Below are positions 1 to 9,028 of a DNA stretch of 64,000 nucleotides, piece by piece (the stretch's first letter is position 1; each line of letters opens with the position of its first letter). Both the position numbers and the translations under genes were made by a program. The stretch comes from Ignavibacteriaceae bacterium (GTDB lineage Bacteria > Bacteroidota > Ignavibacteria > Ignavibacteriales > Ignavibacteriaceae). The notes beneath the pieces were generated by a model. It saw only the letters and a list, made by a program, of their open reading frames with translations. It did no database searches and was not told the origin of the DNA. The DNA is taken from positions 5,176 to 69,175 of the forward strand of contig JACZKK010000158.1 in NCBI GenBank assembly GCA_014860115.1. Direction: 5' to 3'.

Positions 1-266
1 GCTTCAACCCCTTGGAGTGATATTCTAGGTACTGCCGCCCAGGTTACAAATAAATCAGGTCCGTATTCCAATACTTTTTTATCAATTTTTCTTTCAACTA
101 ATTCATCCCGCAGATTCCCCTGCCCAACACTTACAACATTGCTAGTATCATTCCCGCTCCATATTACATAAACACCGGTTAGGTTATCGAAATACTCAGT
201 ATTTAAATTAATTAAATTTAATCGGCATCTTGATTGAAGCATGCATTTACACCAGTCAATTTCCAT
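1..266 (-). CDS. partial CDS (N-terminal 88 aa, continues past window start); GIY-YIG-like domain candidate
   Basis: Not in the ORF track because it runs off the window edge. My translation of the minus strand from ATG 266-264 is MEIDWCKCMLQSRCRLNLINLNTEYFDNLTGVYVIWSGNDTSNVVSVGQGNLRDELVERKIDKKVLEYGPDLFVTWAAVPRISLQGVEA, open to position 1. 'GVYVIW-(10 aa)-VSVGQG..LRDEL' resembles the GIY-x(9-11)-YIG plus Arg layout. Assignment is from memory only. Confidence 0.35.
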   Translation of the reverse strand, partial: MEIDWCKCMLQSRCRLNLINLNTEYFDNLTGVYVIWSGNDTSNVVSVGQGNLRDELVERKIDKKVLEYGPDLFVTWAAVPRISLQGVE

Positions 267-295
267 TTTATTACCTGATTTTAAATTTTTTTTGA

Positions 296-985
296 TTAAT
301 TATTAATTGTTGAAATACTTTTTGCAATTGTTTTAAGAGTTTCTCCTGTGTAAGAGTAATTTGCAATTTCAAGGCGTGTGTGCAATGCTAGTTTCTCCAT
401 AATATTATGGATATGGCTTTTTATCGTATAAGTTGATATGTGCATTTTTTGACTGATCTCTTTATTGCTCATCCCTTCGCCCAAATGCAAAATAACTTCC
501 TGTTCTCTTTTTGTCATACGAACGGCTTGTTTAAGTTTAGATTTACCTTCTCTTACTGCGTGATCAACGATCTGGGAAAAAAGAGAATCAACTAGCAGCG
601 GTGGAAGTACTGTTGCACCTTCAGAGACTGTTCGTATCGTAATTAAAAGGTCATTAAGCGATGCGTCTTTCAGGATGAATCCGTTAGCACCTGCTTTTAC
701 GTATTGTAAGATATCAGCTTGCACTGGTGCAAGATCCATAACTATTATTTTTGCCTGGGGAAAATCTTTTTTAACTATTTCTACTACATGTAAACTGTTT
801 TGACTTCGCAATCCCAAATCCAGAAGTACAACATTAGGTTTTAACTGCTTTATTTTTACAAGAGTATTCTTACCGTCTCCGGATGCGGCAATTATAATTA
901 TATCCTTATGAGGTTTAAGAATCCCAAGGATTCCATCCCGAAGAAGACGGTTATCTTCAATTATTAATAATCTGATCTTTTTCAT
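296..985 (-). CDS. NarL/LuxR-family response regulator (REC + LuxR-type HTH)
   Basis: 229 aa. Receiver: 'LLIIEDNRLLRDG', 'VVLLDLGL', 'KAGANGFILKD'. C-terminal 'MTKREQEVILHLGEGMSNKEISQKMHISTYTIKSHIHNIMEKL' is a LuxR/FixJ HTH. Paralog of 1156..1848. Confidence 0.9.
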   Translation of the reverse strand: MKKIRLLIIEDNRLLRDGILGILKPHKDIIIIAASGDGKNTLVKIKQLKPNVVLLDLGLRSQNSLHVVEIVKKDFPQAKIIVMDLAPVQADILQYVKAGANGFILKDASLNDLLITIRTVSEGATVLPPLLVDSLFSQIVDHAVREGKSKLKQAVRMTKREQEVILHLGEGMSNKEISQKMHISTYTIKSHIHNIMEKLALHTRLEIANYSYTGETLKTIAKSISTINN

Positions 986-1155
986 AGTCTTATCTTAATA
1001 AATAGATACGTTTATAGTAAAGCATCATGATTTGTAACGTAATTAAATCATTCGATTTTTTACAGAAGTAAAATGCAATTAATTAGGAGCTAAAATCAAT
1101 CGGTCAAAAGGATGAAAAAAGGACTACATCTCTTTGATGATCTTAAGAATGGTAA

Positions 1156-1848
1156 TTATTCACCTATTAATGAAGTCGTATCGATTGCAATCTTATATGA
1201 TTCAGATAAATGGGCATGCTTTGCAATCTGGACACGAGTATTCAGAGATAATTTTTCAAGAATATTATGAACGTGACTTTTTACAGTGTGAGTTGATAGA
1301 TGAAGATTTTGTGCTATTTCTTTATTAGTAGAACCGTCAGCAATTAATTCAATTACCTGCCTTTCACGTTTTGTCATGCGAACTGCTTCATTAATTAAGG
1401 ATGGTTTTGATCCATGTATGGCATTCTCAACGATCTGAGAAAAAAGTGATCCGGTTAAATTCGGTGGTAAAACCTGAGCCCCTTTATTAACTGAACGAAT
1501 CGTCTTTAAAAATTCTGTAACATTTATATCTTTTAACATGAATCCAGAAACCCCAGCCTGGACAAACTCAAAAACATCTGCCTGCAATGGAATAAGATCC
1601 ATCACAATTATTTTAGTTTCCTGAAAACTTTGCTTAATCAATTTGACGATTTTCAAACTGTTTTGGCTGCGTAAACCAAGATCGAGAAGCACTATATTGG
1701 GTTTTAGTTTTTTGACAAGCATAGAAATGTTTTCGCCATTGCCAACAGTAGAAACGACAGTCATATCCAGCTGCTTTTTCAGCAATGCAGAAATACCTTC
1801 ACGCAGAAGCCGATTATCTTCTATAAGCAGTATTTTGATTCTTTTCAT
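1156..1848 (-). CDS. NarL/LuxR-family response regulator (REC + LuxR-type HTH), tandem paralog
   Basis: 230 aa. 'ILLIEDNRLLREG', 'IVLLDLGLRSQNSL', 'QAGVSGFMLKD'. HTH: 'MTKRERQVIELIADGSTNKEIAQNLHLSTHTVKSHVHNILEKL'. Roughly half of positions are identical to 296..985 by eye. Confidence 0.9.
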   Translation of the reverse strand: MKRIKILLIEDNRLLREGISALLKKQLDMTVVSTVGNGENISMLVKKLKPNIVLLDLGLRSQNSLKIVKLIKQSFQETKIIVMDLIPLQADVFEFVQAGVSGFMLKDINVTEFLKTIRSVNKGAQVLPPNLTGSLFSQIVENAIHGSKPSLINEAVRMTKRERQVIELIADGSTNKEIAQNLHLSTHTVKSHVHNILEKLSLNTRVQIAKHAHLSESYKIAIDTTSLIGE

Positions 1849-2048
1849 TTTAAAAAGCCTTACTTCAATGTGCTAAGACTATTTGCTCTGTTAAAATAGA
1901 CAGGGACATATACGGGACAAATTTTCTTCAATTACCCTATTAAATATAAAAATAATTTGATTTTATTTTTGAAAAATTCTTTTATTACAGATTGAAATGC
2001 TTAAAATTTGGTGGCGACTAAGTTGCCCGATACATAATTTTGGTTACA

Positions 2049-2420
2049 TCACTTCTTAACATAAAATTCACCGCGTGTGTATGCACGATGAATTATAGAT
2101 TTCTTTCTTCCGGTTTTGTTATAACCATTAGCCGCCATTAAAGAAGCAATCATCGCCCCGATGAACTGCTTAACTCTGCCTGTAAACTGAAAACCCTTTT
2201 TCTTCCTCGCTTCATTGTAGCAAAGCTCCGCTACGCTTGTAACTGCCGGCATTCCGTATTCAGTTAAAATCATTGCCTGGATAAAAGTTTCGGGCTTCAT
2301 AACAATATCGAATAGAAATTTTCCTTCTGCGCTTGCCAGTCCTGCGAATTGCGGGTAAGTCGCTGCAAATTCCTTAAGCTCTGGAAGGTAAATTTCTTTT
2401 GAGTAAGTCTTTTTTTTCAC
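2049..2420 (-). CDS. hypothetical protein (123 aa)
   Basis: ORF with a GTG start followed by an A8 run (MKKKTYSK...). No motif I recognise. Lies between rpoD and the response-regulator pair on the same strand. Confidence 0.45.
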   Translation of the reverse strand: MKKKTYSKEIYLPELKEFAATYPQFAGLASAEGKFLFDIVMKPETFIQAMILTEYGMPAVTSVAELCYNEARKKKGFQFTGRVKQFIGAMIASLMAANGYNKTGRKKSIIHRAYTRGEFYVKK

Positions 2421-2561
2421 TTTAACACCTTCTTATTAATCAATTCCTTTATTAACAGGTGCAATATATGCAGGTGCTGAATAAGTATCACCACCAAATG
2501 AGGCGGAAATATAAAAAGTTAAAATGTAGGCGGGCTGGTTAAGATGGAATAATGAAGAATT

Positions 2562-3425
2562 CTACTGACCTAAATAATCTTTAAGCTTATTGCTTCTTTT
2601 TGAACTTCGCAGCTTTCTCAGAGCATTTTCTTTGATTTGTCTTATACGTTCCCTTGTAAGATTAAATCTTTCGCCAATTTCTTCCAATGTGGCTTTTTGG
2701 TTACTGCCAATTCCAAAGGAAAGCCTGATAACTTCTGCTTCTCTTTCATCCAGCGTGGAAAGGATATCAGCAACTTCATTTTTGAGAGAATCGTGCATCA
2801 ATTCTGTGTCGGGCATAGGCTGTTCATCATTGTGCAGTACATCCATTAGTGTGCTTTTATTCTCATCACCATTGTTGAACGGTGCATCTACAGATACCTG
2901 CCGGCTGGAGATTTGAAGTATATATGCAACTTCGTCAGAACTGATTTCAAGTATTTTTGCAAGTTCTTCAGTAGTTGGCTTCCTTTCAAATTCCTGTTCC
3001 AATTCTCTGTAAACCTTTCCAAGTTTCGTTAAGTTTCCAACACGGTTAAGCGGAAGACGAACAACTCTTGACTGGTCTGCAATTGCTGACATTATTCCCT
3101 GCCTTACCCACCAGACAGCATAGGAAATAAATTTAAATCCTCTTGTTTCATCGAACCGCTGTGCAGCCTTTACTAAACCAATGTTCCCTTCATTTATTAA
3201 ATCACCTAGTGAAAGTCCCTGGTTTTGATACATCTTAGCAACAGAGACAACAAATCTTAAATTGGCTCTTACTAATTTATCCTGGGCAGCCATATCACCT
3301 TTTTTAATTTTTATTGCCAGATCAATTTCTTCTTCAGGCTTTAAAAGAACATACTTGCCGATTTCTTGAAAATACAAATCTAAAGATTTATTCTCGCGGT
3401 TGGTTAATTGTCGTGTTAATTTCAA
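2562..3425 (-). CDS. rpoD: RNA polymerase sigma-70 family factor, short primary-sigma type (RpoD/SigA-like)
   Basis: 287 aa. Region 2: '[56 protein letters not shown]'. Region 3: 'VRLPLN'. Region 4.2 HTH: '[29 protein letters not shown]'. The ~287-aa length without region 1.1 is typical of Bacteroidota/Chlorobi-group primary sigma factors. Confidence 0.9.
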   Translation of the reverse strand: MKLTRQLTNRENKSLDLYFQEIGKYVLLKPEEEIDLAIKIKKGDMAAQDKLVRANLRFVVSVAKMYQNQGLSLGDLINEGNIGLVKAAQRFDETRGFKFISYAVWWVRQGIMSAIADQSRVVRLPLNRVGNLTKLGKVYRELEQEFERKPTTEELAKILEISSDEVAYILQISSRQVSVDAPFNNGDENKSTLMDVLHNDEQPMPDTELMHDSLKNEVADILSTLDEREAEVIRLSFGIGSNQKATLEEIGERFNLTRERIRQIKENALRKLRSSKRSNKLKDYLGQ

Positions 3426-3801
3426 TATGAAATATCTTATTAAATTATTTTAAAAATGGATTGTTGAGGAAATATTCAACGGTAAGACAAGCGTGCGCTG
3501 TTAATTTCTTCTCTGTGCAATATACCGAAATTAAGATTCTCAAAATAGCAGTTAATAAGTGTATTAAAAGAATAATAAGTCCTTAATGACAGCCTGATTA
3601 TCAATTAGTCTTGTAAGTGAATGGTAATAAGTCTATTTTGCAATCGTTCTGCGAAATAAAACTAAGATAAGAGAAATACTTCTCACAGTTCCGCTCTTTT
3701 AATCCTTAATTTATTTACAGAGGCATAATTGCCGGACAGGTTTTATTCATTATCTGAGCCGGATATTAATTTATTAAAATTCAATTTAGAAGGAGAATGA
3801 A

Positions 3802-4074
3802 ATGAATATCTATGTAGGAAATCTTGCATCCGATGTTAAAGATGAAGAATTAAAAGATCTTTTTTCACAGCACGGAAGAGTAGAAAGCGTTAAAATAATA
3901 CGCGATATGTTCAGCCAGACATCAAAGGGATTCGGATTTGTTGAAATGCCCGGAAAAGCTGAAGCACAGAAAGCATTATCAGCACTAAACACATTTGAAC
4001 TTAAAGGTAAAAAAATTATCGTTAACGAAGCCAGACCTCAGAAGGAAAGAGGCGGCGGCGGAAGAAGAAGATAA
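3802..4074 (+). CDS. RRM-type RNA-binding protein with short Gly/Arg tail
   Basis: 90 aa. RNP-2 'IYVGNL', RNP-1 'KGFGFVEM', tail 'KERGGGGRRR'. SD 'AGGAG' lies 8 nt upstream of the ATG. Confidence 0.9.
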   Translation: MNIYVGNLASDVKDEELKDLFSQHGRVESVKIIRDMFSQTSKGFGFVEMPGKAEAQKALSALNTFELKGKKIIVNEARPQKERGGGGRRR

Positions 4075-4093
4075 TTATTAGCTTTTCGTTAAC

Positions 4094-4121
4094 AAGCTGA
4101 ACCTGGTTCAGCTTCTTTTTT
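4094..4121 (+). terminator. rho-independent terminator after the first RRM gene
   Basis: Stem aagctgaa (4094-4101) pairs with ttcagctt (4107-4114), 5-nt loop, then cTTTTTT. Confidence 0.7.
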
Positions 4122-4256
4122 AAGTTTATATGATTATCTGTTATAATTCTTTATCCATTAATACTTGATTTGAATAACAGGTTCCGGAGAACATGTTTAA
4201 TTTTATACGTGATTCTGTTTTAATCGTACTTGAATAATAATGAGCAGGAGTGACCA

Positions 4257-4550
4257 ATGAAAATATTTGTAGGAAATTTATCGCATGAAGTAAATGAGCA
4301 GGAACTTACTGCGCTCTTTTCTGAACACGGAAGTGTAAGCAATGTTCGGATCGTCCGTGATATATCGAACCAAATGTCAAGAGGATTTGGATTTGTAGAA
4401 ATGGTTCGAAAGGTTGAAGCAAAGAAAGCATTAAAAACTCTGAATGATTTTGAGCTTAAAGGTAAAAAAATGTCAGTTAATGAGGCTAAACAGGATCGTG
4501 ACAGGAACAGTGCTGGTGGTGGTAAAAACTTTGGTGGAAGAAGAAGATAA
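4257..4550 (+). CDS. RRM-type RNA-binding protein (second paralog)
   Basis: 97 aa. RNP-2 'IFVGNL', RNP-1 'RGFGFVEM', tail 'SAGGGKNFGGRRR'. SD 'AGGAG' upstream. Confidence 0.9.
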   Translation: MKIFVGNLSHEVNEQELTALFSEHGSVSNVRIVRDISNQMSRGFGFVEMVRKVEAKKALKTLNDFELKGKKMSVNEAKQDRDRNSAGGGKNFGGRRR

Positions 4551-4574
4551 TTTTCTTAAAACATTTTCAAACGA

Positions 4575-5288
4575 CTACTGTTTTTCCTCGAACATATACC
4601 CTGCGCCACGAATACTTTTGAAGTAAACCGGATTCGAAGGGTCTGATTCAAAATATTTCCGCAGTCGAACAATAAAAATATCCACAGTGCGCGTTTCAAT
4701 ATCAGGATTGAGATGCCAGACATTTTCCAGCAGTTCTTTCCTTGAAACAATCTTCCCATTACGCTCCACAAGATACTTCAATAGCATTGCTTCCTGAGGA
4801 GTGAGCCGTATTTCTTCTTCGCCGTGCCGGCAGTTAAGCGTTTCAAAATTAATTTCGTTATCACCAAACTTAAAAACTGGCTGTTTTTCAGAAGAGCTTT
4901 TATACCAGCTTTTCCGTTTTAACATTCCGTTTACACGCAGCAGAAGCTCCTGTAAATGAAACGGCTTAGTCAAATAATCATCAGCACCCTTTTCAAGTCC
5001 TTTAACTTTATCGCTGGATTCAGTTTTTGCAGTTAACATCAGAATAGGTATCTGCGGATCGGATTTTCGAACCATCTCGGCAATTTCAAAACCATTAACG
5101 TACGGAAGCATTATATCAAGTATTATTAGATCAAATCTTCCAGATTTGAAAAAATCAATAGCCTCTCTGCCGTTCTTAGCCCATTCAACCAAGTAACCTT
5201 CCTCGGTTAGATTATATTCCAATCCGACTGCAAGAGTTTCTTCATCTTCAACAAGTAAAATTCTGCTCCCCTTATAATCTTCTGCCAT
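4575..5288 (-). CDS. OmpR/PhoB-family response regulator
   Basis: 237 aa. Receiver: 'ILLVEDEE', 'LIILDIMLP', 'LTAK...KGLEKGADDYLTKPF'. C-terminal winged helix: 'LTPQEAMLLKYLVERNGKIVSRKELLENVW...RTVDIFIVRLRKYFE'. Confidence 0.9.
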   Translation of the reverse strand: MAEDYKGSRILLVEDEETLAVGLEYNLTEEGYLVEWAKNGREAIDFFKSGRFDLIILDIMLPYVNGFEIAEMVRKSDPQIPILMLTAKTESSDKVKGLEKGADDYLTKPFHLQELLLRVNGMLKRKSWYKSSSEKQPVFKFGDNEINFETLNCRHGEEEIRLTPQEAMLLKYLVERNGKIVSRKELLENVWHLNPDIETRTVDIFIVRLRKYFESDPSNPVYFKSIRGAGYMFEEKQ

Positions 5289-5294
5289 CTTTTA

Positions 5295-6296
5295 TTATAC
5301 CCCCCTTAAATTTTCCGTTTGTAAAAATTTTTTTAACTGCCGCTTGCTCATTGCACTATATGCAGGCAGCTCAAGTTTGAATGTGGTTCCTTTACCCTCA
5401 CCTTCACTCAAGACAGTTATTTTTCCGTCATGAGCTTTAATTATTTCCTTCACTCTGTAAAGTCCGAGCCCTGTCCCTTTAACATTTGGTATTTCTTTGT
5501 TATAAATTCTGTAAAACTTATTGAATATTTTTTTCTGTTCTTTTGCGGCGACCCCTATACCGAGATCAGAAAAAATAATTGTGACTTTTTTTGAATTACA
5601 TATTAATGAAACAACAATTTTTGCTTGTTTTGTTGAGTATTTAACTGCGTTGTCCACAAGGTTATCAAATACGACTTTCAATGCATCTTTACTGGCTACT
5701 ATTTCGCAAGCAGCATCACTGATTATCCGGTAATTTTCTTTTTCAACACGAAATTTTTCGCAGGATTCTTCAATCAATTCTCTCACGACAACCTCTGCCT
5801 TATGAACTCTATAATCCTGCAATAATTTTTTCTTTTCCTGTGCCGATATTTCCAGAATCGAGTTTATAAGACTCTGCAAACGGTCAGCATCTTTCATCAT
5901 CATATCAATAAATTCTTTTCTTTTTTCCTGAGGCACATCTCTTTGCTTTAAAGTTTCAAGATATAACTGAATGGAGGAGAGAGGTGATTTTAGTTCGTGC
6001 GTGACATTTCCAATGAAGTTATCGTAAAGTTCGGTTATACGAAGCTGAACATTCAAATGTCTAAAGATTAAGGATGTTGTAAATGATAGTCCGATTAGTA
6101 AGATTAAGCCAAGTATAAAAGGAAGTGCATTCTGGACATCGTATACTAGCTGAGGTGAAACTTCCTCGCCGACCTTTTCGAAAACGATGTAGTTCGATAC
6201 ATACCAGTATATCCATATTCCAAGCAGCAATAACCACACAAGTTGTGCTATAACAAAAATCAGAATATGGTAAAACAGAGAGTGCTTGCCTCTCAT
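5295..6296 (-). CDS. sensor histidine kinase (HisKA + HATPase_c), partner of 4575..5288
   Basis: 333 aa. Two N-terminal hydrophobic helices. H-box 'VTHELKSPLSS', N-box 'DNLVDNAVKYS', G-boxes 'SDLGIGV' and 'GTGLGLYRV'. Separated by 6 nt from the downstream RR gene. Confidence 0.9.
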   Translation of the reverse strand: MRGKHSLFYHILIFVIAQLVWLLLLGIWIYWYVSNYIVFEKVGEEVSPQLVYDVQNALPFILGLILLIGLSFTTSLIFRHLNVQLRITELYDNFIGNVTHELKSPLSSIQLYLETLKQRDVPQEKRKEFIDMMMKDADRLQSLINSILEISAQEKKKLLQDYRVHKAEVVVRELIEESCEKFRVEKENYRIISDAACEIVASKDALKVVFDNLVDNAVKYSTKQAKIVVSLICNSKKVTIIFSDLGIGVAAKEQKKIFNKFYRIYNKEIPNVKGTGLGLYRVKEIIKAHDGKITVLSEGEGKGTTFKLELPAYSAMSKRQLKKFLQTENLRGV

Positions 6297-6519
6297 TGTA
6301 TTTCTCTTTTAAAAAATTAGAAAGATTGTATGATTGAAAGATTTATTTCTCAATTTGTCTGTATTTCAATCTTTAAATAATTATATCTGAAACAAATATC
6401 CCTTATTCCAAACAGAAGGTCAAACCGGGATTCATTCTATTTACAAATCTTTTACAAAAACTGTTAGTAAAAATTCGCATAATTAAAGGTATTAAAATTA
6501 TAATTATGCTGAGTGCCGA

Positions 6520-7998
6520 ATGAAAATTTTATTAGTTTATCCTGAGACACCTGCCTCCTTCTGGAGCTTTAAAGATGCATTGAAGTTTGTTGCCAAGAAA
6601 GTTGCTGAACCGCCGCTTGGATTGATCACCGTTGCTGCTTTGCTACCTAAAGAATGGGAAAAGAAGTTAATTGATATGAATATTTCTAACTTAGAGAACA
6701 AGCATATTCTCTGGGCTGATTATGTTTTTCTCAGCGGAATGAATATCCAGATCAAATCTTTTAGGGAAGTTATAAGACGCTGCAACACTCTCAGCACCAA
6801 AATTGTTGTAGGTGGTCCGCTTGCAACAACCCAGCATAAAGATTTTCCCGGAGTTGATCATTTCGTTTTAAATGAGGCAGAAAACACACTTCCACAATTT
6901 CTTGAAGATTTGAAAAATGGTAATCCAAAACATGTTTATTCCTCTGAAGAATTTCCCGATATAACCAGATCACCTGCGCCATTGTGGGAATTGCTTGATA
7001 TAAAAAGATATGCTTCCCTATCATTACAGTATTCAAGAGGATGTCCGTACGATTGCGACTTCTGCAGCATAACAATGCTGAATGGAAGAACACCAAGAAC
7101 TAAAACGAGTTTGCAATTCATCAACGAGCTTGAAACTATTTATGGGTTGGGTTATCGGGGACCGATTTCGATTGTTGATGATAACTTTATCGGGAATAAA
7201 AGAAAATTAAAAGAAGAAACACTTCCTCATCTGATTGAATGGTCGAAACAGAAAAAGTATCCTTTTAGTTTTATCACAGAGGTTTCAGTAAACCTTGCTG
7301 ATGATAATGAGCTAATGGATAAAATGATCAGTGCCGGCTTCAACAGTGTTTTTGTTGGTATTGAAACACCAAGTGCGGATGGCCTTTTAGAATGCGGTAA
7401 GTCTCAGAATTTAAAGCGGAATCTTGTATCATCTGTGAAAAAACTTCAGCAAAAGGGATTCATAGTTTCCGGTGGATTTATTGTTGGTTTTGATACCGAC
7501 TCTTCGGCGATCTTCCAGAATCAAATTGATTTTATTCAAGATAGTGGAATAGTTTCTGCAATGGTTGGTTTGCTAAATGCACCAAGTGGAACAAAACTTT
7601 TTAAGAAGATGCAATCTGAAAACAGGTTACTCGATGTTTTCAGCGGGAACAATATGGATGGCTATATGAATTTTATTCCGAAGATGAATTACCAGGAACT
7701 GATAGGCGGCTATTCCAGAATTATAAAAACCATCTATGCTCAAAGAGAATATTACCTGCGTGTAAAGCACTTTTTGAATAATTACAAACTACCTGTCTGG
7801 AATAAGAATAAAATAAAGCTAAAAGAAGTCAGAGCATTTATGATGCTGGTTTGGCTTCTTGGTACTCTTGAGAAAGGAAAGAAGTATTTCTGGAAACTAT
7901 TTGCGTTTAGCCTATTCAGGCATCCAAATAAATTTCCGCTTGCAATGACGATGGCTGTTTACGGTTATCATTTCAGAAAAATTGCAGCAAAAATCTGA
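6520..7998 (+). CDS. B12-binding-domain radical SAM protein (class B rSAM, DUF4070-like C-terminus)
   Basis: 492 aa. N-terminal Rossmann-like B12-binding-type region ('LGLITVAALLP...VFLSGM'). Radical SAM cluster motif 'SRGCPYDCDFCS' (CxxxCxxC). Confidence 0.8.
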   Translation: MKILLVYPETPASFWSFKDALKFVAKKVAEPPLGLITVAALLPKEWEKKLIDMNISNLENKHILWADYVFLSGMNIQIKSFREVIRRCNTLSTKIVVGGPLATTQHKDFPGVDHFVLNEAENTLPQFLEDLKNGNPKHVYSSEEFPDITRSPAPLWELLDIKRYASLSLQYSRGCPYDCDFCSITMLNGRTPRTKTSLQFINELETIYGLGYRGPISIVDDNFIGNKRKLKEETLPHLIEWSKQKKYPFSFITEVSVNLADDNELMDKMISAGFNSVFVGIETPSADGLLECGKSQNLKRNLVSSVKKLQQKGFIVSGGFIVGFDTDSSAIFQNQIDFIQDSGIVSAMVGLLNAPSGTKLFKKMQSENRLLDVFSGNNMDGYMNFIPKMNYQELIGGYSRIIKTIYAQREYYLRVKHFLNNYKLPVWNKNKIKLKEVRAFMMLVWLLGTLEKGKKYFWKLFAFSLFRHPNKFPLAMTMAVYGYHFRKIAAKI

Positions 7999-8022
7999 TC
8001 TGACCAAGGAATAAATAACAAA

Positions 8023-8060
8023 AAGGCACTCCCTTCAATAAAGAAAAGAGTGCTTTGTTT
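8023..8060. terminator. bidirectional hairpin terminator between convergent genes
   Basis: aaggcactc (8023-8031) pairs with gagtgcttt (8048-8056), 16-nt loop. T-rich tract on the plus side (tttgttt) and T-run on the minus side (complement of aaaaa 8019-8024). Confidence 0.5.
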
Positions 8061-8083
8061 AGCCTCCTATTTAATACAAATAA

Positions 8084-8683
8084 TTATTTTTTTACTAACC
8101 GCTCACCAACTTTATCCGGCGAAACCGGTTGAGGAACCATGTTGTTGATTGGCTTTATTGATTGCAGGTAAGCATAAATTGCTTTCAAATCCTGATCCGT
8201 TTTCTGACCGTATACATGCCAAGGCATGGGAGGAAGTAGTGGTCGACCAACACCTTTAAGTTTCCCTTCTCTTAAAGTTTTAATAAACATTTCTTCAGTA
8301 ACCGCCCCCAATCCCGTGGCGTTGTCGGGCGTAAGGTTTGATGCAAACGAAATTCCCCATGGACCAACCCACGCACCTAAATGTTTTTCAGTTGCAGACC
8401 ATTTGTCAGGTCCAATCATATTCATATCAATTGCCGGAAGGACTTCGTCTGCCGGATATCCAGAAAACCTCTTTGTAGTATCGAATACTGGGCCGTTCTC
8501 TGTAAAGATTTTAGGAGTATGACAGTCATCGCACCCGCTGGTGTGAACAATATATTTCCCCAAGGCAATCATTTCCTCATGGGTTATGGGTTTAGATTTT
8601 ACTTCTTCTGAACAACCCAGTTGATTAAAAAAAACAAGAAAAAATATTGCAGCTGCCGCCGCAATAAAATAGCCTTTGCGCAT
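8084..8683 (-). CDS. c-type cytochrome, probable lipoprotein
   Basis: 199 aa. Signal peptide with 'QLGCS' lipobox-like site. Single heme-binding motif 'CDDCH'. Candidate distal Met region 'LLPPMPWHVY'. Confidence 0.75.
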   Translation of the reverse strand: MRKGYFIAAAAAIFFLVFFNQLGCSEEVKSKPITHEEMIALGKYIVHTSGCDDCHTPKIFTENGPVFDTTKRFSGYPADEVLPAIDMNMIGPDKWSATEKHLGAWVGPWGISFASNLTPDNATGLGAVTEEMFIKTLREGKLKGVGRPLLPPMPWHVYGQKTDQDLKAIYAYLQSIKPINNMVPQPVSPDKVGERLVKK

Positions 8684-9028
8684 TGCGCCTCCTTAATAAA
8701 TTGTTGTGAAATATTTTTTGCCTGGCCGTTAGTTGTGCGGCAGAGATATGTAATTATGAGTGAATCTTACAAGTGGATGATGAGAATATTGTTCACTCAA
8801 ATGCAGTGCGAAACTATCTAACATCTAATTAAAAAGCAATTTAGGATGGCTATAGAAATAATTGACCGAGTCTACATTTAAAATTTTATGGATTCATTTA
8901 GCTTTAACTAGTTTTTTAAATCAAGATATATACTTTTTTTTACTTTTTCAGAATAGTATAATATCCTTACATTAGTTTGGTTTAATAGAATAAATGCGAT
9001 TTTCAATAAAGGATAAAGGAGGTTAAAT

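Noticed and set aside
3661-3700. Apparent shared motif in the leaders of RRM genes 1 and 3: 'aagataa...acttc...ttccgctct' versus 'aagataa...acttc...ttcccgctct' (minus strand near 33300-33340).
   Set aside because: The best ungapped block is 14/20 identical. About 10 such matches are expected by chance even when only the two ~200-nt leaders are compared. It is absent from the second paralog.
6330-6380. A 16-aa ORF (MIERFISQFVCISIFK) upstream of the B12-radical SAM gene, considered as a possible RiPP precursor.
   Set aside because: There is no convincing SD. It lies 140 nt from the rSAM start, with no leader/core-like features and no protease, transporter or RRE-domain genes nearby. It is indistinguishable from a chance ORF.
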